Below, piece after piece: positions 11,381 through 23,364 of a DNA stretch of 64,000 bases; the stretch's first letter is position 1, and each line of letters starts with the position of its first letter. Under the pieces are notes generated by a model, which did no database searches, had not been told where the DNA came from, and saw only the letters and a list, made by a program, of their open reading frames with translations. Source of the DNA: Heterodontus francisci (Eukaryota). The stretch is from contig NC_090382.1 of NCBI RefSeq assembly GCF_036365525.1, positions 111,014,372-111,078,371 on the forward strand, read 5' to 3'. The translations under genes and the position numbers were made by a program.

Positions 11381-12756
11381 GATGATCACTCACTATCTTT
11401 GAATGAATTTGCACATACTGACATCCACAGCTCAGAATCAGATTAATATCTCAAGAGAGACACAAAATGCATTCGTAAAACCGTATCATTCATGCTAATT
11501 GTTGGAAAGAAATGGCAAAAGTGCAAGGGCATCCACAGCAGTTGATTGCGCTGAAATGGATTGAATTGTCGTAACAGTAACACGACTTTATGGATGTGCT
11601 GGTCATTTAACGACTCATTCTCTAGCTCAAGTAAATAGGAGCCAAAATAACTCATTGGCTTTATATTTCGGACTCAGTCTCTCCAACAAGATGTAGCAAC
11701 CGTCTATTATGAATTCTCAGTCTGAATCTCGACACGCCAAATCCTGAATGCACATGGCTTAAATATCCAAAGAAGTCCAGTTTTGGGTGGGCGGAGATGG
11801 GCCGCAGGCTGCTTTCTTTCCATCTGAAAGGTCTAGTCGGAAGCTTCCCTGATATTGGGTTTCATTATAAGGGCACGAGTTGGGCCAAGAGGCTGACCGC
11901 GCAGAATGTTTGAAAATCTGGCTGCTGCTAGCCGAAGTGGGGACGGGAGTCGCAGGGCGGCAGATCGTCGGCCAGGGAATGCGGGGCCGGGAATTGGGGG
12001 AATCGAGAAAAGGGGATGAGAGGAGGGCTCAGGCAATAAATTTCTAAGCCAGAATGTCGAAAGCTAATGGGAATGCGATGTTTTATCTGACTGGCGTAAT
12101 ACTAGCCTGTCAATGGAACAAGCATAGGTGCTTAGTGACGTTGGCCATTGACTGAAAATATGGCTGTTTATTTTAAGTTAACTCGTTTTTTTCAAAAAAT
12201 ACGATCGCATTTAATTCGATGCAAAATATTTTTGAAGAAAGCGAACACGTTATCCATGAATATAGCTAAAATAACAGAACAATTCGAGAACATTAATATG
12301 AGCGAAAATCATTCTCTCAAAATATATACTCGAAGGTAATCTTTGTTTTACAAATGCATTAACTCTTTACATGCCTTGCCCAATTTAATCAGACCTTGGA
12401 CGATGCCATCCAACAATAGGATGCTTGATCACCTCTGTCAGCATGCTTCCAATGGTAATCTGCAGTTTGCAATAGATAAATCATAAGTAATACCGAGTCA
12501 TAATAGATCGGGCGATGCATGCAGGACTATCAGGATCACAATGTGGGTTTACATCACCAGAGACTATTGATGACACGAAGATTCTATTCCATGAAGCCTC
12601 AGGATTTTGTTGCGACAGTATATTTTACAAATAAGACTGCAAAATATGCTATTATTTTACATGCGCTTGCCAGAGTATTTTAAATTGCGCACTGCTAAAT
12701 TTTGCAGTTTTTATATTGCAAATCATTCGGAACAGTCTAGCTTTAAGAACAGTTGC

Positions 12757-12798
12757 TGCAATTATTGGTTGAGGCTCTTCGTGTCGCTGTCTACCAAT
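12757..12798 (+). promoter_or_regulatory. cPcdh promoter CSE, exon 2
   Basis: TGCAATTATTGGTTGAGGCTCTTCGTGTCGCTGTCTACCAAT. Confidence 0.88.
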
Positions 12799-13054
12799 AA
12801 GCAGCTGAGGCGCTGCTAGGGATCTACCCCCTCCCCCGGCATAAAACACAGAACAGAAGCGAAAAGACAGACTGTGCCTGCGTTTCTGTTGTGCGGCCAT
12901 GTTCAGCAAAGCTGCAAAGGTCCAGTCTTTGCATTTCTAGCTTCCATATTTGCATATAGATGTATATTCGACTAATTGTATGACGTAAGAGGCAGGTTGA
13001 TGTAAATAATTGGAAGATACTTCTCAATTTTAGGACAAAATCCAGCCCAGAACA

Positions 13055-15445
13055 ATGGTGAATACGCTTAGCAGCGGGGCGTCTTTCATTTTCCTGCTTT
13101 GTGTGTCGGACCTGGTTTTGGGACAAATTCACTACTCGATGATTGAGGAATTGGAGCATGGGGCATTTGTTGGGAATGTCGCTGAGGATTTAGCACTAAA
13201 CGTTTGGGAATTATCGGCTCGCAAGTTTCGGCTGGTCTCTGATGAAAGGAAGCAATACATGGAGGTAAATCTGGAGAACGGGATTTTATTTGTTAATGAT
13301 AGAATCGATAGAGAACAGATATGCAGACAAAGCTCGACATGTTCCCTTACTTTTCAAATAGCGCTCGATAATCCTTTGGAAATACATCCAATTGCAGTGG
13401 AGATACTAGATGTAAATGATAATTCACCCAGATTCCCGAAGTCTGAATTTTCCCTGCAGATTAGTGAATTAATTGCGCCAGGAGCGCGCTTCCCTCTCGA
13501 GAGCGCGCACGATCAGGACGTCGGCACAAACGCTGTCAGTACTTACAACATTAGTCCAAACGAACACTTCGGTCTCAAAGTGCAGACAAGAAGTGACGGG
13601 AGTAACAGTGCAGAGCTTGTATTAGAAAAATATTTGGACCGTGAGCAACAGTCGACCTTTCAGTTGATACTGACGGCTATTGATGGCGCGATTCCTCAGA
13701 GATCTGGTACAACGCGGATTATGATTACTGTCGTGGACGTCAATGATAACGCGCCTGTATTCAGCCATGAAGTATACAGGGCGAGTGTAGACGAAAACGT
13801 CGCCAAAGGTACCTTGGTCACAAAAGTTAATGCTGTTGATTTAGATGAAGGTATAAATGCTGAGCTGACATATGCTTTCACAAGCCACGTGTCCCAAAGG
13901 ATTCGCGAGCTGTTCACATTGGACCCGACAACTGGAGAGATCAGAGTTCAAGGTGTACTGGATTTTGAAGAATCAAGTGTTTATGAACTTGATGTAGAAG
14001 CTGTGGACAATGGTTTCGCCGGTATGGCAGGACATGCCAAAGTTATAGTCGAACTAATAGACAGGAATGATAACGCCCCCGAACTTGACGTGACCTTGGT
14101 GTCCAGCGCCGTGCGGGAAGATGCTCCCCCGGAGACTGTGATAGCTCTGATCAGTGTATCAGATTTAGATTCTGGCGAATATGGGCACGTTCAGTGTCAG
14201 GTTCCAGTGCAACTTCCTTTCAAACTTTTAAAAACTTTGAGGAACAACTACAAATTGGTTACAAAAGATATTTTGAATCGCGAAACTGTCCCGCTATACA
14301 CCATCTCTATTTCAGCCTGGGACGGAGGGTCTCCTCCTCTTTCAACAAATAAAACTATCTTAGTTTCAGTAAGTGATATAAATGACAACGCGCCAAGGTT
14401 TACACAATCTTCATATAATGTGTATCTGATGGAGAACAATACTCCTGGTGCTTCTATATTTACTGTTACCGCGTTAGATCCTGATTTAGATTACAATGGG
14501 GAAGTGTCATATTCTGTTTTAGCGAATCAGATGGAGGAAATGTCTGCGCCTGCTTACGTCAGCATTAACTCAAGAAATGGCAACATTTACGCACTGCGTT
14601 CCTTTGATTACGAGCAACTGAAACATTTCCAGATCAAAGTTCATGCTCAGGATAACGGATCTCCTCCACTGAGCAGCACAGCCACAGTGAATGTTATTAT
14701 ATTGGACCAAAATGATAATGTTCCGGTTATTGTTTCACCCTTAACGTGGAACGGTTCAGCATCAGTGGAGATTGCTCCCCAATCAGTCTATCCAGGATAC
14801 CTTGTCACTAAGGTCATCGCCACTGATGAGGATTCTGGTCAGAATGCACGGCTTTCTTATTATCTGTTGGAGTCAACTGATCCCAGTCTGTTTACTATGG
14901 GGCTTCTAACTGGAGAAATCAGAGCAACTCGCAGTTTTGGTGACCAAGACATCATCACAGAAAGACTGGTCTTCGGTGTCAAGGATAACGGACAACCGAG
15001 CCTCTCCAGTACGGCCACAATTTCCTTTGTCGTTCTGTCCAATGTTACTAAATCTTCTGAACGAAATCACCGACCTAGGACCTCGGCATATTTTTCGGAT
15101 TTAAATCGTTATTTAATCATCCTTTTAGGATCAACATCCGTCTTGTTTCTTATAATCATAATTTTTCTGGTCTCCCTCAAGTGTAAACAAGACAGAAATA
15201 TTGCTGAAGACTACAGCTCTACAATTTGTTGTTACAGTCGGAGGAATTCGAATAATACCTTTACTCGGAGCCCTGCAGCAAACGAACAATTAAATTATAC
15301 CGGACCTGGTCAGAACAGAAGTTGTCATTATGCTGTGTGTTTATCTCCAGAATCATCCAAAAGTGATTTTCTGTTTCTGAAGCCTTGTCATCCTACCTTG
15401 CCTTTCAGCGACTCAGGCATTCGGGACACTAATGCAAGAATATAA
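13055..15445 (+). CDS. Clustered protocadherin variable exon 2 (796 aa)
   Basis: Same architecture and motifs as exon 1; intact ORF; CSE core 270 bp upstream. Confidence 0.96.
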   Translation: MVNTLSSGASFIFLLCVSDLVLGQIHYSMIEELEHGAFVGNVAEDLALNVWELSARKFRLVSDERKQYMEVNLENGILFVNDRIDREQICRQSSTCSLTFQIALDNPLEIHPIAVEILDVNDNSPRFPKSEFSLQISELIAPGARFPLESAHDQDVGTNAVSTYNISPNEHFGLKVQTRSDGSNSAELVLEKYLDREQQSTFQLILTAIDGAIPQRSGTTRIMITVVDVNDNAPVFSHEVYRASVDENVAKGTLVTKVNAVDLDEGINAELTYAFTSHVSQRIRELFTLDPTTGEIRVQGVLDFEESSVYELDVEAVDNGFAGMAGHAKVIVELIDRNDNAPELDVTLVSSAVREDAPPETVIALISVSDLDSGEYGHVQCQVPVQLPFKLLKTLRNNYKLVTKDILNRETVPLYTISISAWDGGSPPLSTNKTILVSVSDINDNAPRFTQSSYNVYLMENNTPGASIFTVTALDPDLDYNGEVSYSVLANQMEEMSAPAYVSINSRNGNIYALRSFDYEQLKHFQIKVHAQDNGSPPLSSTATVNVIILDQNDNVPVIVSPLTWNGSASVEIAPQSVYPGYLVTKVIATDEDSGQNARLSYYLLESTDPSLFTMGLLTGEIRATRSFGDQDIITERLVFGVKDNGQPSLSSTATISFVVLSNVTKSSERNHRPRTSAYFSDLNRYLIILLGSTSVLFLIIIIFLVSLKCKQDRNIAEDYSSTICCYSRRNSNNTFTRSPAANEQLNYTGPGQNRSCHYAVCLSPESSKSDFLFLKPCHPTLPFSDSGIRDTNARI

Positions 15446-15484
15446 TATTAGAGCAATTTCTATGCTGGAAATGGCATATATAAC

Positions 15485-16885
15485 TACAGAATCTTCTAGC
15501 ACAGAAGGATCATTTGGCCCGTCGTGCTTGAGTGGCCTTTTTTAAAGTGCTGTCGAATTAGTCTTACATTCCAGATTTTCCTAGTAACGCTGCAAATTAG
15601 TTAACTTCTAGTACATGTCCAATCGCCTTTTGAAATTTCCTATGGAAACTGCTTGCACCACTCTTTCAGATCGTGCATTCCAGATCTTACCAGTCTTCTG
15701 TGTGAACACATTTCTTCCCTTTTCCTCTTTAGTTATTTTGCCAAAATCTATGACCTCCGATTACCAACTCAGTTGTGAGAAGAAACCGTTTCTCCATATT
15801 TGTCTTATCAAAATTCCCTATAATTTTGATGATCTCTATCAGGTGTCTCCTTAAATTTCTTTGCTCTAAGGAGAACAAACCCAGCTTCTCCAATGTCTCC
15901 ACACTCCCTTCATCCCTGATATCACCTTTGTAAATCACCTTTGTACCCTGTTCAAGTAGTAACCATCTTTCCCAAAGTGTCGTGCTCAGAACTGTACACA
16001 ATGCTCCATTTGAGGCCGAACTAGTGATGGCTAAAAGTTTACCATGGCTTCCTATTTCTTGTATTTTATTTACGAAGCAAAGTATACCACACGCTTTCTC
16101 ATCCGCCTTACAACCAGCCCTGCGATTTGTGAATATGTATACCCAGTTCCCTCTTCTCTTGTACCGCCTCAAAATAGTACCATATATATTACACTGGCTC
16201 TCCCTGTTTCTTCCAAAGTGCATCGCTTCACACATTTGTCCGTTTCGCTAGTCTGCTTTGCTCTCTTGAGGTCCGTTATTTCCCTCCTCACCATTTACTA
16301 CGTTGCTATGTTTTGTAATCCACAACATTAGAAATTATAATTGATACACCCCAGTCCCGTTATTTCTCTATAAAACAGTAAAAGCCAGGGTCCTAATATC
16401 AATCCCAGGGGGACCTCATTACATATTTGTGCCCGAACCAAAAAAAACGCCTTTCACTACTATTCACTGCTTCCTATTCCTTAGCCAATTCTATACCCAA
16501 ATTACCACCGATTCTTCAATCCCATATTCTCCTGCTTTCCGAATAAATCTGCTCTATATTAATTTATCAGATTTCTTTTGAATGTTCATCTACATATTTG
16601 CCTGATATATTTCATCAGCACTCTGTTACTTCATCAAAGAACTCAACCAATTTATTCAGGCACGAGTTGCCTTTAACAAATCGGTCGCTGGCAGTTCCTA
16701 TTAACCCATACTTCCCCAAATGGGAATTGTTATTGTCCTTGATATTGGTCCTTAGTCGTTTTCTCAACACTAAGAGTAGACTGACTCTCCTGTAGTTACC
16801 ATGCTTATCCCTCTCTTCTATTTTGAATGGGCGTGTAACATTTGCAACCGTCCAGATCTCTAGGACCTCTCCCATATGTAACAGC
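15485..16885 (-). mobile_element. CR1 LINE 3' fragment inserted about 40 bp after the exon 2 stop
   Basis: Minus-strand RT remnants (NYRRVSL..FVKGNSCLNKLVEFFDEVT; LEKLGLFSLEQRNLR); the conserved 3' flank resumes at about 16900. Confidence 0.85.
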
Positions 16886-18559
16886 TATTTATTAATTCAA
16901 AGAATTGAGACTATTTTTCATATAGATAAGTCCTCACATTGGCAGTTAAACGCCCGACATGTCAAATTGTTTATTACTGTTCCTATGATCCCACGTGTCA
17001 GTGATGATATACCTGTCGTCCTGTGACAGCCCTGCGTAGTACACACTGTATTAACGTAAGAATGAAACCTGGTTTTTGCTTGTTTCATTTTTCTTTTAAA
17101 GAAGTACATATCAATATGTTCCTCTGTCATTTTTCTCTCCGCTTCTGTGATGGTGTTTTAACGAATGCATAAGGCACAAAACCAGGGTCTGAGGCGCATT
17201 CACTTGTGATTGCAAAAGGGACCTTTCATAGAACTATAGCTTTTCTTTCAGATGCAACGCTGATTTTTTAAATAGTTTTATCAGTGCATGCAGTGAGAAC
17301 ATTGACGTTTTTCAATCAATACCTCGATGTGAAAATGTTGCAGATGTTCCAAGAATAAAATCTATGGCAATTCAACGGAATATGTTAATAATTTTTGACC
17401 TTTGCTCCAGGATCCTTATGAAGTAGTTGTATTGTGATAGTATTCCCCATAGGGAAAACATAACGCTTTACTGCTACAGGCTGTGCCACATACTATAGCT
17501 GCTATTTTATAGTGAATGCGATAGCGCCATGCTTCCTACAAATTGCCCAAATGTGTTCGAAATATTTTTGATCTGCTAATAACTTTAAGTTATAATGGTC
17601 GAAATAACGGTTTAGAATGAAAACACAAAAATACATATATTACAACTATACGATTGGAGTTGGCAATTGAATTATCTTTTTATAACCTAATTAATTTTTT
17701 TTTAATTGAAGGCCATAGGTCACCGGAATCGCTGGGTATATAATTCTAGTTGCTTGTACGTAGATGTCACTCTGAGTGCTGAGTTTGGACTGTGATATCT
17801 GGAGAAGCGTAGGGTCACTAACCTCCGATGATTCATCAGTACCCTCGCAGTTTCTTTCCAAAATGCTTTCCAATATATAGGTTGTATATTTAAAAAAATG
17901 GCAGAAGTTATGTGAGTGTCAGAGGAAAATGGACACAGAGATACATATCCAGGAAACAATCACAAACACTCAAAAACAGGATGCACAGAGGTCCCTTAGA
18001 ATATTATAAAGCACTGCTACTTGTCTTGGAAATTAGCTCAACACCCCTGCATACCAGGACCTTCCCTCCTTCATTGCCGGCAAACACCAGAAAACCATCA
18101 CTGAACATACCGCAGGTTGAACCCATAATTGTATACACATAGCCCACACACTCCTTCTGCCACACACAATTAAATATTCAGTTAGAGAACGGTGCGCCTG
18201 GATAGAGTTACATAAACTCCAGAAGTTTTGGATCCGCAACCTATGCCCACAAACTCAATAATGCACTGTGAGGGAAGTTCGCTTGGTTCTGATTTTCCTG
18301 GGTAATAAAACAAGATCTTCACGATCAAATTATCACAATTGATCAAACAAACATTACTGAAAGCATCTGTTCTACAGACTCACATTAGACTCTAATCCCT
18401 ACTCTTACTGTAGCTTTGCAGATCGTTAGGCAAGAAAGCCAAAATAATAGTGAAACTGCACCATTATTTGCAAACATCTTTTAGAAACTGCTTGAAAAGT
18501 ATAAGTTCATTACAAAAACGTGGAAATAAATTTAAATTTTATGCGTTAGAGTCTCTTAG

Positions 18560-19800
18560 ATCAAGTTTCCAGTACAAAAGAACTAAATCGGCCCTAACCG
18601 AAATCATAGTTGATATTCTTTGTGATTCTCCCTTCTCCTTCTCCACCTCCTCTCTGAAGTCTTTGACATGCGAGGACAGAATGTGCTCTCCCAGCATCTC
18701 TGCTCTGTTGTCATACAATGTGACTTCCCTCACTCGACTGCGCTCTTACGTATCTCACAATATCTCGAACATCTTATGTTAGACTATCTGTACCAGTCCT
18801 CGCCGACACTTCCCTCCTTCTCTTCCCCATCTACATGTTACTACTAGGTGAAATAATCCACAGACCTGGGGTCAGCTTTTATTGTGTGTTTGACAACCAG
18901 ATTTACATTTCCACCACAGTTCTCGATTACTTCATTGCGTCTATGTTGCTAGCGTGCTTGACGGGTATTCAGTCTTAGAGGAGCTGTAATTTCCTCCAGC
19001 TAAACATTTTGAAGATTAAAGACATCGAGTTAAGACCCCTGCTACAAGCTCTGATCCCTTGCAGCCATTCCAATACTCCGCAATCCTACCCCCGACCCCG
19101 CCTTCGCCAGTCTCTCAGTCTGAACTTGACGGTTCACATCTTCAGCAATCTATTCTATCCCGAGTTGAGTTTCAAATTCTATGTCTTCACATCATAAAGA
19201 CCCCACCTTCCACCTCCATAACTTTACCCATTGCTGCCCTACCTCGTCCAATCTGTTGCTGAAACCCTCATCCACACCTTTGTCATTTCCGAGTTCATTT
19301 ACTTCAACACGGTTTTGGCCGGTTTCCCTTCCACTACCCTTCGTGAATTTCAGCTCATTTAAACCTTTCTGCTCATGTCCTGCCCCATGTTCAGCTGACC
19401 GACAATGACATTCTTGGTGATTTGCATTGACTCCTGGTCCAACAGCGCCTCAGATATAAAATCCTCTTCCTTACGTTCAAATTTCTTCATGGATACCCTC
19501 TCCTTATTTCTTCAACCTCTCCCAGTCCGACAAATTCCCGTCCCATAAACCTGCATTCCTCTGATTCTGGCCTATTTTACAGGTACCCCACGCCAGAATT
19601 AGCGGCAGTGTGCTCAGCCACCTAGGCCCAAAATCCGTAAATTGCAACTCCATGTTCATTTGCATCTCACCCAAGTTTCTTGTTAAAACCCACTTTTTGA
19701 CGAATCATTTGGTCACACCTTCCAATAGCCTCTTTGACTGAGTGATCATTCTTTTAATTACGCCCTCCAACATCTTTGAGTTAAAAACGATTAATACGTG
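18560..19800 (+). mobile_element. Old L2-like LINE fragment
   Basis: Homologous by eye to 5850-6700 and 30470-31680 (pyrimidine-rich degenerate RT and 3' region). Confidence 0.65.
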
Positions 19801-20119
19801 CAATATGCTATTGTTCGCCTTTCGTATTTGCTAGAAAAGATTATTAGTATGAATAATATCGTTCTAAACATAGGTGTAACGAACGGCGCTTAGGTAAGCA
19901 ATTTTGTCCTTTGCGGATGGACGACAAATTCAAAGATTTACAGATCCCAGTTCAAGTTCAATTATTGAACATCAACATTGCATTTATAAGAATCATTTGA
20001 TGATTAACCAGATGCTTTGTTTATTACGTCAGTATTTTCAAATAACAGCACACCGTCGCAAACGCCATTTTAATTGGGATAACACAGCTAATTTTGAAAG
20101 CCAGATTTACTGGTATTAA

Positions 20120-20995
20120 ACGTGGTGCCTTCCCATGGCACCTTCCCCTGCAATCGCAGGAGGTGTAATACCTGCCCATTTACCTCCTCTCTCCTCACTA
20201 TCCCAGGCCCCAAACATTCCTTTCAGGTGAAGCAGCGATTTACTTGTACTTCTTTCAATGTAGTATACTGTATTCGCTACTCACAATGTGGTTTCCTCTA
20301 TATTGGGTAGACCAAACGCAGACTGGGTGACCGCTTTGCGGAACACCCCTGCTCAGTCCGCAAGCAGGACCCTGAGCTTTCGGTTGCTTGCCATTTCCAC
20401 ACTCCGCCCTGCTCTCATTCTCACATCTCTTTCCTGGACTTGCTGCAGTGTTCCAGTGAACATCAACGCAAGCCTGAGGAACACCATCTCATTTACTGAT
20501 TAGGCACACTCCAGCCTGCCGGACGGAACATTGAGTTCAATAATTTCAGAGCATAACGGGCCCCCCATTTTACTTTAATTTTTAGTTATTTTTTCTTTTT
20601 TACATTTTTTACAATGTTTTTGTATGTTTATTTCATTTCATCTTAGTTTGTTCAGTTTGCTTGCCCACTGTTTTTTTTTCATGTTTGTACTTGCTGCTGT
20701 TCAATCTTCAGTCCGTTACACCCTATCTGTACTAATGCTTTGTCTTTCAACACACCATTAACAAATTGTTTGCCTTTGCTCCATGACCTTTTGGTCAGCT
20801 ATGTGGCCTTGTCCAATCTGCACCTTCTCCTTTGTTATCTCTTGCCCCACCCCCGCCTCACTTGCTTATAACCTTCGACATTTCTAATATTTGTCAGTTC
20901 TGAAGAAAGGTCACTGACCCGAAACGTTAACTCTGCTTCTCTTTCCACAGATGCTGCCAGACCTGCTGAGTATTTTCAGCATTGCTTGTTTTTAT
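20120..20995 (+). mobile_element. Penelope-like element 3' fragment (GIY-YIG endonuclease plus terminal region)
   Basis: GTFPCNRRRCNTC...NVVYCIRYSQCGFLYIG*TKRRLGDRFAEH...LGTLQPAG.NIEF, a GIY-YIG domain with the PLE-type Cys/His linker. Confidence 0.88.
20896..20932 (+). ncRNA. Minimal type I hammerhead ribozyme motif within the Penelope-like element
   Basis: AGTT-CTGAAGA-A-AGGTC(ACT)GACCC-GAAAC-GTT-AACT: core CUGANGA/GAAA, stem I AGTT/AACT, stem II GGTC/GACC, palindromic stem III AACGTT. Confidence 0.72.
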
Positions 20996-21499
20996 TAAAG
21001 GTGGTTGTGGTTTGTGGGGTCCTCAATTGGCCACGGGCTATCATTAAGGACATATCAAAAGTGTACCATATTGTAAGGGCATGTGCTGCATGTGTCAGAC
21101 GAGAGGATTTCATTTGAGCATGAAGTGTTGCGAAATTGTGAATGTGAAGATTGTGTTTACCACCAGACGAATAGGGAATATATCCACCGAAATTCATGCT
21201 TACGCTAAAAGTTCCAAAGAGGTATCTTCAAAAGCCCACATATGATATTTCCAGCATTGATTTCACAAATATATATATATACATTGAACATATGAAGATT
21301 GACAAAGGATATCCAATTTCGCTGACAATTTTGATCTGGTGATACAACCGTGAAGAGAAGGATTTTTTTTCCAAACTTTTTAATATGTGTACTCTTAAGA
21401 AAGCTGAAGTACTGACATGTGAACGGTGAAGGCTGCAGTCCTAAGCAGAAGACAGAAGTTTGAACAGGCAATCGAATAGATGCACTACTAATGATTGGC

Positions 21500-22380
21500 A
21501 TCATTCTATCTACTAGAGATGATGGACACGCAGCAAACAATACATTTAGATGGGGTGTCTTCATATGGTGCATCTTTGCTGATGGCTGTGGAGACCAATC
21601 CTTGAGAGCAGGTTCTACCACAAGTGCCGCACATGAAGCCAGGTGTCATTTTGGGTTGTTGCGTTGAGCCTTGGTACCTGTTTCCAAGCTGTTGTAAACA
21701 CTGGTCTTTGTGGTGGTGCACACAAGCCCACAAAGCAAGTCACCATTTCCCTCTTTCGTCAGCTAGTAACTCCCAGGTGTGATAGTCGATGTTTAAAGCC
21801 TTCATGTCACGTTTGCAAGCATCCTTGAAGTTGCTAGCCGTGGGGATAAGAGGTACTCTGAGGTTGCTACTGGCAGCTCAATTGCTTGTGATAGCCAGTT
21901 GCTCACTGCAAAACCTACACCATGCTGACAGCGTTTTCAGAGCTCTTTCCATGCCAGTAGAATGTGTAATTGGCCTCACGAATAGAGCCTGTGTCAGCGA
22001 ATGTGGTTTCTTGTTGAGCACCAATGCTGACACCTACGCCAATCAGAGCTGTCTTAAATACATTTCCTGTAGAATGTGGGTCGTTGCTCATGCCGGGCAA
22101 ATGGTCCTTACATCCCAGCTTCCAAGCCGAAAGATTACCTTTCTTTGCTTGTTGCATAGCCTAGGCATGGTTTTTGGAGGTGCAGACTTGCCTAGCATTT
22201 GAAGTCCCCCTCTCGAATTCTTGGCTGGTATGCAGAGAAAAGAGGGAAACCTATACATCTGGGGCCTAGTCAGGAGTTGCCAGAAAGTGCTAACTTTAGT
22301 AAACACCAACTACATAATGTGACTCTGCTCCAGATTTTGTCGGGTTTACTCCCTTAGCCAGTAGCTCTCAATGTTATTGT
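21500..22380 (-). mobile_element. Internally deleted RTE-clade LINE derivative
   Basis: APE N-terminus (RLGSWDVRT..QQET..YTFYWHGK) joined directly to the C-terminus (FKDACKRDMK..FMCGTCGRTC); no RT between them. Confidence 0.72.
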
Positions 22381-22662
22381 TGTTAATGCCGGAAGGCATC
22401 GAACGGGAGGGCCCAGAAAGCTACAGCCATAGGTGTGACCTTGTCCCCTGGTATACACTGCAAATAACATATACATTTTTTCATAGTTCTGCTTGACGTG
22501 CGCCTATCCCTTGCAGATCACCCTCTACAGCCTCGCTTATTATTGAAGGACACAGAAAAGAGAATGGAACATCTGCACTGCAATTCCTCCTCGATGACTC
22601 TGTACTTCAGACAGAAGCAACATTCTTCCTCGTTTACATAGCTCAGAATCAGGCTTTTGGCT

Positions 22663-22940
22663 CAAAGAACAAACAAAGAACAAAGAACAGTACAGCACAG
22701 GAACAGGCCAATCGGCCCTCCAAGCCTGCGCCGATCTTGATGCCTGCCGAAACTAGTACCTTCTGCACTACCGGCGCCCATATGCCTCTATTCCCTTCCT
22801 ATTCATATATTTGTCAAGATGCACAAAATTTTAGTTCACACTCTTAGTCACATAGAAACATAGAAAATAGGAGCAGAAGTAGGCCATTCGGTCCTTCGAG
22901 CCTGCTCCTCCATTCATTATGATCATGGCTGATCATCCAT
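22663..22940 (-). mobile_element. Two short CR1 3'-end fragments
   Basis: Tails (AAAGAAC)n at about 22665 and (CATAGAAA)n at about 22850, each followed by the reverse complement of the CR1 3' stem-loop region. Confidence 0.7.
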
Positions 22941-23364
22941 TGCTAAACATCACAAAACCATTCCTCGCATGGCAATTATTAGAAAGACAGGGCAATGTGA
23001 GAGGACATCTCTAGAAGTGAATTTCAATGATAAGAGTTGAAATGCATTGACAAATTGCATCAAGTTGGTCGTAATTTGGTGATGCTTTCATTGGGCGGGA
23101 TCTTACGAACTTAGTGTTTAAATCAGGGTTAGGGCAATTTCTGGGTCCCCACCCAAGGCTTTATGAAGTTTCCCCACCTGTATGATCTTGCTGGAGGTGG
23201 CCATTTAAGGACAGTGAATGGGCTAAGTAGGCACGAGGTCTAACGAGAGTACCCGAGTCTTTGAGCAGCAGGCAGCGTCACTGGGAAAGGTGGGCACTTC
23301 CACTGTACGTGGGGGAGTACAAGGAAACCTCAAGATGGAGCTGCCCTCAAAAGAGTTCAAAAAA

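Noticed and set aside
11750-12060. GC-rich patch as a CpG-island promoter or enhancer (similar patches near 23090 and 33910)
   Set aside because: Not present at equivalent positions in all units and looks like decayed interspersed repeat; family not identifiable by eye.
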